A stretch of 64,000 nucleotides of DNA from IMG/VR virus record IMGVR_UViG_3300050498_000110, positions 11,927 to 75,926 of that record. One strand, written 5' to 3'. The DNA is from a virus. The notes below the pieces were generated by a model. It saw only the letters and a list, made by a program, of their open reading frames with translations, did no database searches and was not told the DNA's origin. This document shows positions 27,402-37,431 of this stretch, in pieces. Position numbers and translations under genes: made by a program. Each line of letters opens with the position of its first letter. Positions within the stretch are counted from its first letter, which is position 1.

Positions 27402-27796
27402 CGGGTGACTCCCAAGACGATTTCCAATGTGATGTCGGCTACACGGCGCGCGCTGTCAGGATCGCGGCCAACGATATCGGCGACGTAGTCGCCCGGTTGT
27501 TGCAACATCATCTCGGCGACGTCGATGTTGATGAGCAGATATCCGACGTCAGGCGGTTCGCCGATGGCGAGCCCGCCGGTTTTCGTGCTGGCCGAGATGA
27601 CGACTTCATGATCCGGCGTCGAGCGCCGAACTTCCATCTCAAATTCAATCCCACGCAGGTCGAGCTGCGGGAATGTATCCATATCGCCGCTGCCGGTGTC
27701 GACCAGCCACTTGATGGAGTCGACCCAATCCTCATTGGTGCCGGTGAATATTTCCATCGCCACCAGCGGCATGGCGAGCAAGTTCGACGCGGGCAT
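27398..27796 (-). CDS. Tail/baseplate accessory protein (BppU-N-like)
   Basis: Beta-rich 132-aa ORF between the fibre genes. Confidence 0.65.
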   Translation of the reverse strand: MPASNLLAMPLVAMEIFTGTNEDWVDSIKWLVDTGSGDMDTFPQLDLRGIEFEMEVRRSTPDHEVVISASTKTGGLAIGEPPDVGYLLINIDVAEMMLQQPGDYVADIVGRDPDSARRVADITLEIVLGVTR

Positions 27797-27813
27797 GGCG
27801 CGCGATCCTTGTT

Positions 27814-28290
27814 TTAGGCGATCGGTGTGATGATCGGAGGCCAGATTGAGTCGTCGGTCGGATCGACCGGCATGGCGGTAAACGAATTCGCCACGGCGCG
27901 CACGTCGTTCACGTAGCTCCAGCCGCGAGTGTATTCCGCGACGAATGCCTGATCCGGCCAGGTCGTTGTGTCGGTCCCGTGCTGCGACTGGTTCTGGTTA
28001 TAGGTGGCGTTGTAATTGTTCTGCTTGAAGATCGGAAACGCATTGTTAATTCTGCGATTAGCTTCGCCGTTGACCACGGTCGTGTAATCGTCGCGCCATG
28101 TCGAGACGAGCGTCGAGACAATGTCGCCCTCGTCCGGCGATTTGATCTTGTCATCCGCGACAGCCAGGACAGTGCACTGCGCACCATGCCAGTCCCGGTC
28201 GACAACTGTATCATTGCGGTAAGCCGCGACTACGCGGACGGTGCCGTCGATAACTTGCAGATCTTGACGGATCACGAATGCTTGCGCCAT
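27814..28290 (-). CDS. Tail fibre-associated/assembly protein
   Basis: Follows a fibre gene; ends DPTDDSIWP. Confidence 0.65.
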   Translation of the reverse strand: MAQAFVIRQDLQVIDGTVRVVAAYRNDTVVDRDWHGAQCTVLAVADDKIKSPDEGDIVSTLVSTWRDDYTTVVNGEANRRINNAFPIFKQNNYNATYNQNQSQHGTDTTTWPDQAFVAEYTRGWSYVNDVRAVANSFTAMPVDPTDDSIWPPIITPIA

Positions 28291-28303
28291 CTCGTCCTCC
28301 CCG

Positions 28304-30025
28304 TTAGGTCACGACCGTATAAGCGCCGTTGTAGGCCAAGACTCCGGGCGCCGGAATGATCGTCCCGTAGCCGCCGCCCGCTGCCGTACTCAAAGCGATG
28401 AGATAAGACAGGTTCGAGCAGAACAGATCGGCAAATGAATTGCCGATTGCTTGCGACGTATGCCAAGTCCCCTGCGAATTGTCGCCGATCCCAAATCCGA
28501 CCTCCGCATTGTAATTCGACCAACACATCCAACATCCGAGGAAGGAATTTTGGTTGCTCGAAAAACCAGATTTGTAATTTCCGAAACAGCCGGAATAATT
28601 GAAGCCATAGTTTGCGCCTGCGGTGGCGAGAACGCCGCTGCGCCAGTTGCCGACTGCGAAGCAATAGTTGCCGACGAATCTGCCGCCACCAAAGAATCCG
28701 CCATCGCACCCCCACACCGAGACGTTGAGGGCATTAAAATTAGTGCCGACGCCGGTGAAGCCAGTGATGCCGTTGCCAGACCAGAAATTCGGTCCAGTGA
28801 CGAGAATGTCCTGGATGGTCGGCATCTGCGGACCGATGTTCTCGATCCCAAAAACGGTTGCCGTCCCTCCGCTCGATGGCACCAGAATTTCAACGCCGAA
28901 CCTAGTGCGCAGCATGGCGATGTTATTTTGCGAGTCGTTGTTGATGTTGCCGGTCTGCGAGAACATCCCGCCGGTGAGATTGCCAGGGATCTTCATCTCG
29001 CCGCGGATCGTGATGCGGTCGGCATTGGCATGATTGACTTTGAACGGGGCATAGCAACCGGGAATTCCGCCGGGACTGGTGAGCGGTCCCGCGCCCTTCG
29101 CTATAAAAAACGTGACCCGCGCAGTGTGCATGATGGTCTTGCGCCGGATCGCCGCACATCCGTCTTCGACCGTGGCGAATTGCGATGGGATATTGAATTG
29201 ACAATCAGCAGTGATGAATGGGTTGGGCTGGATCCAGAATTGCGTACCGTCATAGATGAATAGCATGACGTCGCCGGTCTGCATGTCGCCTTGCAAGAGC
29301 GGATTGCCACCGCCGCCATTGGCGCGGATCGGCCTGTCGCCGAGTGACCCGGTCGATGTTCTGAAACGCGCGATGCTGGCGCCGGTGCAGGTCGTGTTGA
29401 GCCGGACCAGGAACGGATCGCCTGCCACAAGCGTGTAATCCGTCGGCAATGTCGTGAACGTGGCGTCGACGATGTTAGCCGTGTTCGATTGATCGACGGC
29501 ATAGGGAATGTTCACCAGATTGTTGACAACGCCGCCGGTGGTGCTGGAACCGACAAAGTTCACCAGTTGGAAGCGCGTACCGTCAAACACCATTTCGGCA
29601 ATGCCACCACCAGGCAAATCGCCCGGTTGCGTGCTGCCGCCGTTCATTCGAATGATGCCAACCCGGCCAGCACCGGCATCAATTGTCGCCGCGCCGGTGC
29701 TGGTCTGATAGACCTTGACCCGCAGCGTGAGGCCGACGGTGTAGGATGTAATCGGTGGATCGAACGACACCGAAAGATTGTTGACCGAGCCGCTGTCTTC
29801 GGCCCAATTCATCCGCTGCGAGCGCACACCTTTGGCGACTTGCAGAAGATCGCTGTCACTCGGCGTGAATTTCGATTTCTCGATGATTGCGACAAGCTCG
29901 CGCATCGGAAATTCGAACGCTGCTGCCGGCGGCACCGAACCGCGCTGACCTTCAACCGGATTGCCGTTGATGTAATGCGCGTCATCGCCTTCGGACTCGC
30001 GGCCATACGGCGGTTGATATCGCAT
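28304..30025 (-). CDS. Baseplate-attached tail fibre/spike with C-terminal beta-helix-like region
   Basis: N-terminal INGNP...PAAAFEFPMREL..IIE...TPSDSDLLQV, typical of fibres following gp48-like genes; Gly/Asn-rich repeats. Confidence 0.85.
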   Translation of the reverse strand: MRYQPPYGRESEGDDAHYINGNPVEGQRGSVPPAAAFEFPMRELVAIIEKSKFTPSDSDLLQVAKGVRSQRMNWAEDSGSVNNLSVSFDPPITSYTVGLTLRVKVYQTSTGAATIDAGAGRVGIIRMNGGSTQPGDLPGGGIAEMVFDGTRFQLVNFVGSSTTGGVVNNLVNIPYAVDQSNTANIVDATFTTLPTDYTLVAGDPFLVRLNTTCTGASIARFRTSTGSLGDRPIRANGGGGNPLLQGDMQTGDVMLFIYDGTQFWIQPNPFITADCQFNIPSQFATVEDGCAAIRRKTIMHTARVTFFIAKGAGPLTSPGGIPGCYAPFKVNHANADRITIRGEMKIPGNLTGGMFSQTGNINNDSQNNIAMLRTRFGVEILVPSSGGTATVFGIENIGPQMPTIQDILVTGPNFWSGNGITGFTGVGTNFNALNVSVWGCDGGFFGGGRFVGNYCFAVGNWRSGVLATAGANYGFNYSGCFGNYKSGFSSNQNSFLGCWMCWSNYNAEVGFGIGDNSQGTWHTSQAIGNSFADLFCSNLSYLIALSTAAGGGYGTIIPAPGVLAYNGAYTVVT

Positions 30026-30040
30026 AGTGTCCGCTCCCTC

Positions 30041-30787
30041 TTAAGGTAGACCCGCCATTGGATCGCTTGTCCCGATGTCGGAGAAGTTAAGCACCAACTC
30101 GGTGTGTGCCGGCTTCCATCTATTGAGCAAGCACAGCAGCTCATCCGGCACGCCGATTTCCAGATGATGATCGACACCAGCCTGGCCGCTGCCGGCGCGG
30201 AACCAGTAATAGGCGCGCTGACCGACGTTCACATACCAGGCGAATCGCTGTTCTTCTGGCCCGATATACCAACGGAATTCCTTGGCAGTATCGAGCGAAG
30301 CCGTGCCGTCTTCGGCAAACTTGAGCGGCCGCGTCTCGCCGCATTCCGACACGCCGGCCATGAACGGCGCAAATTCCCCGATATAATCGTCGACAACTTC
30401 ATAACCGACGAACTCCATGAGCTTGATAAAATAGGCGCGCGACTGCCCGCCCAGCCAGGTCATGTAAGTCACAAGCATCTTGCGGCGCGCGTCGTCGGTC
30501 GTGGCCGACGGGAAGCACGGATCCGGCAAGCCCCAGCTCGCTTCCCAATCCGGCAACAGCTCGACGGTTTGGCGCGGGTCGCTTTCGCGCTCGAGCAAGT
30601 CGGCAGCGCGGTTGTCGACGAAACCCCAGATGTTCGCCAGGCCCCGGCAGGTCTTGGCCAGCACGCTATCCGGCTTGCGCGGCCAGGCAATGCCCTTCGG
30701 CAACAGTTGCAGCAACGCAACAAGATATTCGCGCCCACCTCGCCGGACGTGCCGATCACGCTCGGGCGCCGCGAGATTGCGCGCCAT
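30041..30787 (-). CDS. Baseplate protein, Mu gp48/YmfQ (DUF2313) family
   Basis: LLQLLPKGIAWP, ELLPDWEASWGLPD, WKPAHT. Confidence 0.9.
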   Translation of the reverse strand: MARNLAAPERDRHVRRGGREYLVALLQLLPKGIAWPRKPDSVLAKTCRGLANIWGFVDNRAADLLERESDPRQTVELLPDWEASWGLPDPCFPSATTDDARRKMLVTYMTWLGGQSRAYFIKLMEFVGYEVVDDYIGEFAPFMAGVSECGETRPLKFAEDGTASLDTAKEFRWYIGPEEQRFAWYVNVGQRAYYWFRAGSGQAGVDHHLEIGVPDELLCLLNRWKPAHTELVLNFSDIGTSDPMAGLP

Positions 30788-30791
30788 GGCA

Positions 30792-31877
30792 TCAATTCCC
30801 GTAAACGATGTCGTGCAGCACGCCCATGTGTCCGGGGCTTGCCATCACATCATCGCGCCAATCGAGCAGGTCGAAAGAGATTACGCCCGGCGTGTTCATG
30901 ATTGCCTGCGCCTTCCACGCCGCGAAGATGGTTTGGCCTGGTGCAGCGAGTTCGTACATCATCGTCTGCAAACTGGCTTCGATGGCTGCGCGCGTTTCGG
31001 GATTGTCGGGAATAAGCGCCGTCAGATGCACGTCGATGAATTGCTTGACCGGCGCCAATACCCAAAAGTCCTTCACTGCCACCGGCCGCTGTGAATCGAT
31101 GTAAGTCGTCGCGGCCTCGAGATCTTCGCCGCGCGGCCAGCCATCATTGTCGGCGCGCAATTGATCGAACAGCACGCGCACCGTCACCGTGCCGATGCCC
31201 ATTTCATTGGGCGCGCACCAGGCCCGCGTGCAGCCGGGAACAGCAAGTGCCCAGCGCACGTAATCATGCGCCGCGCCGCCTTGCGGCGGTTGCCGAATGC
31301 GCTGCAACACGCGCATGCGCAAATCGTCATCAATCTCGGTATCGGTGCCACCGGTCAGCGATAGGACTTCGGCATCGCTGTTGATATTGAGCGGCGGTGC
31401 CGGCAGCGAAAGCGTGGTGCCCGGTTCCTGATTGCTGGCAGCACCAGGATCGAGCGACCTGATGGGAATCTCGACCTCTGCACCACTCGCCCCGGTCACC
31501 CCTTCCTCGGTCGTTTCATAACCGATACCGCCGCCAGTCAATTGCGTGCCGACCGGAATCACAATGCCCTCGACCACGCCGCTGAATGTGGCGCTACCTT
31601 CGGCAAAGGTTGCCATCTTGCGGCCGACCGTGCCGTCAGCATTGACCAGCCAGATGTCGCCGTGTCGATCCAGCCATTCCGTCTCGGCGGTCAGCGGCAA
31701 GAGCTGCAACGCCAGCCAGTCGATATAGCGCAGCGTGTGATGCGCCAGCCCGGCCATGGCGTCGGCCATGACCCGCAACACGTTGTTGCCGATGAAGGCG
31801 GCGCCGTACAGGCTGGCCGTGATGTCATCACGGACCATCTCGCGCACCTGGCGCAAGCTCGGAGTCGTCCAAGGCAT
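30792..31877 (-). CDS. Baseplate wedge protein J / Mu gp47
   Basis: WLDRHG, GGTDTEIDDDLRMRVL, PPQGGAAHDYVRWA, GIGTVTV. Confidence 0.93.
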   Translation of the reverse strand: MPWTTPSLRQVREMVRDDITASLYGAAFIGNNVLRVMADAMAGLAHHTLRYIDWLALQLLPLTAETEWLDRHGDIWLVNADGTVGRKMATFAEGSATFSGVVEGIVIPVGTQLTGGGIGYETTEEGVTGASGAEVEIPIRSLDPGAASNQEPGTTLSLPAPPLNINSDAEVLSLTGGTDTEIDDDLRMRVLQRIRQPPQGGAAHDYVRWALAVPGCTRAWCAPNEMGIGTVTVRVLFDQLRADNDGWPRGEDLEAATTYIDSQRPVAVKDFWVLAPVKQFIDVHLTALIPDNPETRAAIEASLQTMMYELAAPGQTIFAAWKAQAIMNTPGVISFDLLDWRDDVMASPGHMGVLHDIVYGN

Positions 31878-31889
31878 GGGGATTCAGAC

Positions 31890-32396
31890 CTAGAATGCGG
31901 CGTCAGTCATTTCCGACCACAAATACTGCCAGCGCAGCTCGATCGCGGTTTTCGGCCCGCGATACATGGTGACGGCAACGTCGATGCGTTCCTTGCCGAC
32001 GCGCATGGCGTCGACGTCGATGCGGGTGCAAACCCGCCGATCAATGAACGGCTGCAACGCCTCGCGCACATAGGCTTTTGCACGCACCACGGTGGCGCCT
32101 TCCTTGGCGCCGGGATCAGTGATCTTTGCCCGCCGCAACAGCCAGTGCTTGCAGCCGATCGGCCAGCCGTTCCAGATTTCTTCGGCGTCAATGTCGCCCC
32201 ACCAGCCGCGGCGGTCCGGGTCATCAGGGTCGGGCAGCACATCTTCGACGCCAGCGAGCGCATCGGTGCCGACCGCCAGGCGTACCGCGGTCGCCAATTC
32301 TTCATCCTCGCTCAAGGCGCCGTCCGGCCGCTGGAGCCAATCCATCAAAGTTGATTCCAGCTTGAGCTGCGTGTCACGGAGTTTGATATCGGTCAT
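31890..32396 (-). CDS. Mu gp46-like baseplate protein
   Basis: DRRGWWGD, GCKHWLLRRAK, AYVREALQP. Confidence 0.9.
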   Translation of the reverse strand: MTDIKLRDTQLKLESTLMDWLQRPDGALSEDEELATAVRLAVGTDALAGVEDVLPDPDDPDRRGWWGDIDAEEIWNGWPIGCKHWLLRRAKITDPGAKEGATVVRAKAYVREALQPFIDRRVCTRIDVDAMRVGKERIDVAVTMYRGPKTAIELRWQYLWSEMTDAAF

Positions 32397-32480
32397 GACT
32401 TTACTATGCTGTCGCTGTCGTCGCCGCCGACCACATCAAGGTTGAACTCCATCGAGTCCATGTCGGCGGCGGCGACACCC

Positions 32481-32645
32481 CTATTCATCTTTGAAGCGGT
32501 AGGATGGTTCGCAGCGCCGATGCAGCCACACCAGCGCGCCAAAGATGAGATATTGCCAGACCGGTCCCTTGTAATAGACATGCTCGAAGCCGTAGTGACC
32601 CTCGAGCCCGCACCAGGCGCAGACCGGTCGCGTTGCTCCTGCCAT
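32481..32645 (-). CDS. Small hypothetical protein
   Basis: MAGATRPVCAWC...LHRRC, 54 aa; GGAG RBS. Confidence 0.45.
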   Translation of the reverse strand: MAGATRPVCAWCGLEGHYGFEHVYYKGPVWQYLIFGALVWLHRRCEPSYRFKDE

Positions 32646-32647
32646 TG

Positions 32648-35600
32648 CTATCTCCTGCGCCGCGCGGCGATCATCGACCGATTGATCTGCGTGCCCGCCA
32701 CGCCCGTGCGGACCATGAGCGTGACCGTGATCGGCGAGGCTGATGCGAAACGGAACGGCCCAAGATTGATCTGATCCATCGCGCCAGCCGACGTATGCGA
32801 CGTCATCTGATAGTTGGGAAAAACGCCGCTTAGCGTAGCGCTTGCGCTCAAGTCCCATTCTATACCGGTGCCGCTGCCGCCCGGCGCGATCATCTGCACG
32901 TTCGCCCACACATCCCAATCACCAGCCGTCAGCGACAAGGCATGGATGGCCGTGACCGTGCTGACGGTCGGCGTGACAGGACTGGCAAGAATGTTTTGCT
33001 GATATTCACCAACATCGCCCGCAGTTGCGCTTGCCGTTCCATCGCTGCCCTTCAATGCAGTTCCAGTCGCGGCAAATGAAGCGCCGATAACAAGTGCACC
33101 CGCGGCGTTCATGACTGAAAAATCAAAACGAGTCGGGATGATGCTTCCCGATGGAGCCGCGTTCACCTTGACATTTAATTGCGCCGCGTTGATCCAGGTC
33201 GTACCATTGGAACCGTAATACCAGAGCATCCCAAGATTATCGCCATTCACAACCGCGCCATGTGTTGCTATGGACGCGCCTCGCGATTTCGCAAAAACAT
33301 TAGAAGCTCCAGTAGCGTTAGCTCCGAAGCCAACGAATGACGTCGACCAATCGGTGGCGGTCAGACTGGTTACTTGAAATTTTGTCGGAGCGCCGTCGAT
33401 AGTCAGATCGGCGGTATGATTGACGAATATTTTTGCAGCACCGCCGATCTGATTACTGTCGTCAATGATGACGCTGCTGTTCTGCACCACCTTGCCAGTC
33501 GCGAGATCGAAACGAACGATGGCGTTGTCGGTTGCGGAACCAGGACCGGCGACATTGCCATAGTTCTGATTTGCGGCGGCGGTCACCAGACCTTTTGCGT
33601 TGACAGTAATTCCCTGAAACGTGCCGACATTGGAATTGACGGTTGCCAGTGTTGTGGCATTGCTGTCGGCCGCCGCTGTGACATCGCCGGTAAGCGCCGC
33701 GCGCTTGACCAACGCTTGGCCAGCCGTGCCGAAGTCCCAAGTGATGCTCGTGCTGTTGGTGCCAACTCGCTCGGCGCTCAGTGTCGCATCGGTGGCGGCA
33801 ACGATATATTGAGCCGTGGTCGGTGCGCCGCCACCACCACCGGTCGCTGAAAGCGTGCCGCCTGTGAAGGTCAATCCGGTGCCAATGGTGACTGACGACC
33901 AGGCGTCAGTGCCGGACCGGTAGTAAATGACGTTCGTGCCAGTGAGCGCGGCCAGCGCAGTCAGATCGCCGTCGAGCGGCTGATAATTCCCGGCCGCCTG
34001 CGCACCGATGGTCGTCCGCACCGCCGCGGCGTCAGCGTCGTCGAGTATCGTTTTGACGAAGGTCGAGATGCCGAGCGTGGTCTGTGCTGTCCCGGCGTCA
34101 GCATCATCGACCAGCGAGCGGCCGAAGCCGGTGAAGGTCGCCAGCGCTGCGGTTCCTGCCCCGTTGAAGTAGGGCAACCGATCCGCCGCCGACGCTAGCC
34201 CCGCCAACGCCGTCAGCTCGGTATCGAGCGGCTGGAACGGACCGGCGCCCGCTGTGATCGTCGGCGTCAGCGTCCCGGCAGTATCGTTGTAACTCCAGGT
34301 GATCCCGGTGCCGTTTTGGATCAGCGCAGCGGCGCGATCATCGACGCGCTCATTGGTGAAGTAGAGATTGGTCGAGCCTTCCGGCACCGCGTCGGTCGAG
34401 CCTGGCGATGGCGAAATCTCGACATAGGCCGATCCCGACCAGCGATAAATCTTCTCGGTGTCGAGCGCGACATAAATCACGCCCACCGTACCGGTCGCCG
34501 GGAAGGCGGCGAGATTGGCATATTCAACGACGTCATCGACGTAGCTCGGTAGCTGCGCGGCCGGGACCTTGGCGCTAGCATCGAGCGAGGCGTAACCGTT
34601 TGCTGCCCCCTTGTTGGCGGTGAGTTCGTAGCCCTGCGCTTTGACAAATGCCGTAGTCGCAATCGACGTGTCGTTGTCCGCGCTCGCTGGCGTCGGTGCC
34701 CGCGGGTCACCGGTGAGCACCGGCGAGTCCAGCGTGGCGAAGATCAGCGAGGCGTCCGCCCATCCGCCACTCTGGCGGACGTAGGGAATTCCGCCGGTTC
34801 CGGCCTCACCGACGACGGCGTTGAGCGTGCCGCCGGAAAACGTCAGGTTGCCGCCGGTGACGACGCCGCTCCATGTGTTTGCCGCCGAGCGATAATAGAT
34901 ACGGTCGACCAGGCTGGCGGCGGCCAGCGACGTCAGGTCAGGGTCGAGCGGCTGGAAACCAAGCGACGACGGGGCGATGCCTTGGATGTGCGTGGCATCG
35001 GTCCATTGCGCGAGCTGCCCGTTGCTCGGCGTGCCGACGTTCGACACATTGCCGCCGCCGACACCCGCGATTGCCGTGACCACGAAGCCGGTGGTGGCGA
35101 TGCTGGTGTCGGCATCGCCAGGCGACGGCGTCGGTGCGCGTGCATTGCCGGTGAACACCGGCGAATCCAGCGGCGCATAGTTGGCGAGCGCTGCCAGCGT
35201 GGCGAAGTTGCTGGCGATGTCGGCCCAGGCCGCATTCCTGCGCGCGTAATAGATGCCATTGCTCGGCGCTTCCGGGACGCCGCCACCACCGCCATCGCTC
35301 GGCGTGCCGACGATGGTGAGCCCGCCACCTATGGTCGAAATCGGCGCCTCAAGCTTGTAGCCGGGCGGCACCGGAATGTCCGGCCAACCCGCCAGCACGT
35401 CATAGGCAATGACATCATCGACGGTCGTGAGCGCGTTGACTTCGCCGATCTTCTGATTCTTGATAATGAACAGATCATTGGTGCGCTCGGCAATGCCGGA
35501 CAGAATTGCGGTCTGCTCGTCCGGTGTGACATTGACCGGTGTCGTCGAACCAATCGGGATCCATTGCGCGTTGGCGGGGACGACTTGACCGATATTCGTC

Positions 35601-36526
35601 CAGGTCAGACTGCGGATCGCGGTGACGTTGGAAAATGTTCCCGGCGTGATGGATGAGATATAACCGAGAGTATAAGTCGAAACCGGCCCGAAGCTATATG
35701 GGATGTCCGGCATAGTCTCAGCCGGCGCCAATCCTGGCGCGGCTACATAATAGGTTGTCTCGCCAATGTTGAAGTTTATCCGAGCAATCGATGCATCAAG
35801 CTTAGCGTTGATCGTGTCGTTGATGTACCCGATGGTCATGTTTCCGGTGTAGCTGATCTCGTCATTGATCTCCCCCGCCAGCGCCGAGAATATCGAATTG
35901 GCCCCGTTGACCACCGTCGTGTTGACGCCGTTCACCACGATCGAATTGACTTGCGAGATCAGCACATTTCCGATGGCAGAAATTCCGCTGTTGATCGTCG
36001 AGACGATCGCATTCGTGTCGGTGACGATAACTGCGTTGATGTTCGGAATGAGCGCATTGAGCCGATTGATGACTTCGTTTAATTTCACCGTCGCCGATTG
36101 CAGGCCGCCCGCGGTCGATGCATAGAGCGAGCCGTCGGTAGCGTCCCACCAATAGTCCCCCGCCGCGACGATATAGTGATACGGCAACTGCCGCTTCGAT
36201 TCGAACAGTTGCTTGATCAGGTCGATCTGGACTTTCTTGGCCTGATCCAGCAGCAGGTTCTTCGCCTGCATCCGTTCCAGAAATTGCTGGAACAGCGGCA
36301 CATAGGGAGATACGTCATAAAACTCCTCACGCAACCCATTTAAGTTTGCATCATCATCGCCGCCGTTGACGACCTCTTGCCGCTCGATCTCCCCCTTTCC
36401 TTCCTGCCAATGCACCATCCACAAGTCGGGATCGTCAATAATCAATTCAGAAAAATCCATGCCTCTGACAGAGGCATTGTCTACGCTCATGATACAAGGC
36501 GGATCAGTTTGCAGCCACCAACGCAT
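32648..36526 (-). CDS. Large modular tail fibre protein (1292 aa)
   Basis: Repeated LDSPV.TG..RAPTP...TSIATT.FV units, NKGAANGYASLD and PEGSTNLYFT modules, QPLD.DL.ALA repeats. Confidence 0.85.
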   Translation of the reverse strand: MRWWLQTDPPCIMSVDNASVRGMDFSELIIDDPDLWMVHWQEGKGEIERQEVVNGGDDDANLNGLREEFYDVSPYVPLFQQFLERMQAKNLLLDQAKKVQIDLIKQLFESKRQLPYHYIVAAGDYWWDATDGSLYASTAGGLQSATVKLNEVINRLNALIPNINAVIVTDTNAIVSTINSGISAIGNVLISQVNSIVVNGVNTTVVNGANSIFSALAGEINDEISYTGNMTIGYINDTINAKLDASIARINFNIGETTYYVAAPGLAPAETMPDIPYSFGPVSTYTLGYISSITPGTFSNVTAIRSLTWTNIGQVVPANAQWIPIGSTTPVNVTPDEQTAILSGIAERTNDLFIIKNQKIGEVNALTTVDDVIAYDVLAGWPDIPVPPGYKLEAPISTIGGGLTIVGTPSDGGGGGVPEAPSNGIYYARRNAAWADIASNFATLAALANYAPLDSPVFTGNARAPTPSPGDADTSIATTGFVVTAIAGVGGGNVSNVGTPSNGQLAQWTDATHIQGIAPSSLGFQPLDPDLTSLAAASLVDRIYYRSAANTWSGVVTGGNLTFSGGTLNAVVGEAGTGGIPYVRQSGGWADASLIFATLDSPVLTGDPRAPTPASADNDTSIATTAFVKAQGYELTANKGAANGYASLDASAKVPAAQLPSYVDDVVEYANLAAFPATGTVGVIYVALDTEKIYRWSGSAYVEISPSPGSTDAVPEGSTNLYFTNERVDDRAAALIQNGTGITWSYNDTAGTLTPTITAGAGPFQPLDTELTALAGLASAADRLPYFNGAGTAALATFTGFGRSLVDDADAGTAQTTLGISTFVKTILDDADAAAVRTTIGAQAAGNYQPLDGDLTALAALTGTNVIYYRSGTDAWSSVTIGTGLTFTGGTLSATGGGGGAPTTAQYIVAATDATLSAERVGTNSTSITWDFGTAGQALVKRAALTGDVTAAADSNATTLATVNSNVGTFQGITVNAKGLVTAAANQNYGNVAGPGSATDNAIVRFDLATGKVVQNSSVIIDDSNQIGGAAKIFVNHTADLTIDGAPTKFQVTSLTATDWSTSFVGFGANATGASNVFAKSRGASIATHGAVVNGDNLGMLWYYGSNGTTWINAAQLNVKVNAAPSGSIIPTRFDFSVMNAAGALVIGASFAATGTALKGSDGTASATAGDVGEYQQNILASPVTPTVSTVTAIHALSLTAGDWDVWANVQMIAPGGSGTGIEWDLSASATLSGVFPNYQMTSHTSAGAMDQINLGPFRFASASPITVTLMVRTGVAGTQINRSMIAARRRR

Positions 36527-36532
36527 CGCGCA

Positions 36533-37417
36533 TTACCCTTCCTTGCAATACTTATCTTTTTTCACAAGGCATGGGATCGTCCACCAATTGCCGTCCGCGT
36601 CGTTAAAAATGCGGTGGTCACGAAACCGGATGTGCGTGTGTTCTTCGGTGACTTGCGTGGATTTTTTCTTGTCTTGCTCGTAATGCGTCGAGCTGTCGCT
36701 GTTACCCTTTTGCGTGGCGTAGCTTTTGCCGTGCTGCGAATAGGTGGCCGTGCCGTTCTGTTCAATCGCAACCTCGGATTTCTTGTTGTCGTCCTTGGCC
36801 GACTTTTGCCCGTATTCCTTTTTTTTCTTCTGTTGCTTCTGCGCCCGCTGCGGGCCGGGCTTCTGCTGGCTGTCATCATCCGGCTTGGGCACCAGCGCAA
36901 TGCGCGTCAGCTTGTCCTCGCGCGTCGAAAGATAGGTGCCATCCTTCGACAGCAAGAATTGCTGACGGTCCTTCTGCAACCGATGCTGCGCAACGTCGCC
37001 TTCCTCCAGCTCGACCAGGCGATGGCGCCGGTCGCCGACCGCAATCATGACCGGATGCGAGCGCGAACCGTTCATATACAGCACGATGGCTTCGGCAGCG
37101 TCGCCCTTCGGTTGCTCACCTTCCTCCCCTGGCGTACCACCTTCACCGCCAGGCCCGCCGCCGCCATTGCCACCCTGCTGGCCGCTTTGCTGCTTGCCTT
37201 TCTTCTGGTCTTCGTCTTCCTCATCCTGCTTGGCCGGAACGCTGGTGCTGCCATAGTTCTCGGCGTATTCCACATCGGTCGCCGTCTCGCTCGCCATCAC
37301 GTCGATGGCTTTGGCCTCACTCCACAGCGTCTTCGAATTCAGCTCGCGCAAAGTCGCGCGCGAAGCGCCGGTCTGCGCCCGCCGCGAAGCATCACGAGTC
37401 GATGTCCGCATTACCAT
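36533..37417 (-). CDS. Baseplate spike protein, Mu gp45-like
   Basis: ENYGSTSVP, EAIVLYMNGSRSHPVMIAVGDRRHRL..LEEGDVA. Confidence 0.85.
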   Translation of the reverse strand: MVMRTSTRDASRRAQTGASRATLRELNSKTLWSEAKAIDVMASETATDVEYAENYGSTSVPAKQDEEDEDQKKGKQQSGQQGGNGGGGPGGEGGTPGEEGEQPKGDAAEAIVLYMNGSRSHPVMIAVGDRRHRLVELEEGDVAQHRLQKDRQQFLLSKDGTYLSTREDKLTRIALVPKPDDDSQQKPGPQRAQKQQKKKKEYGQKSAKDDNKKSEVAIEQNGTATYSQHGKSYATQKGNSDSSTHYEQDKKKSTQVTEEHTHIRFRDHRIFNDADGNWWTIPCLVKKDKYCKEG

Positions 37418-37431
37418 GTTATTGAGATTCC

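Noticed and set aside
24939-36526. Diversity-generating retroelement or invertible fibre cassette
   Set aside because: No reverse transcriptase, no near-identical template/variable repeat pair, and no serine invertase or inverted crossover sites seen
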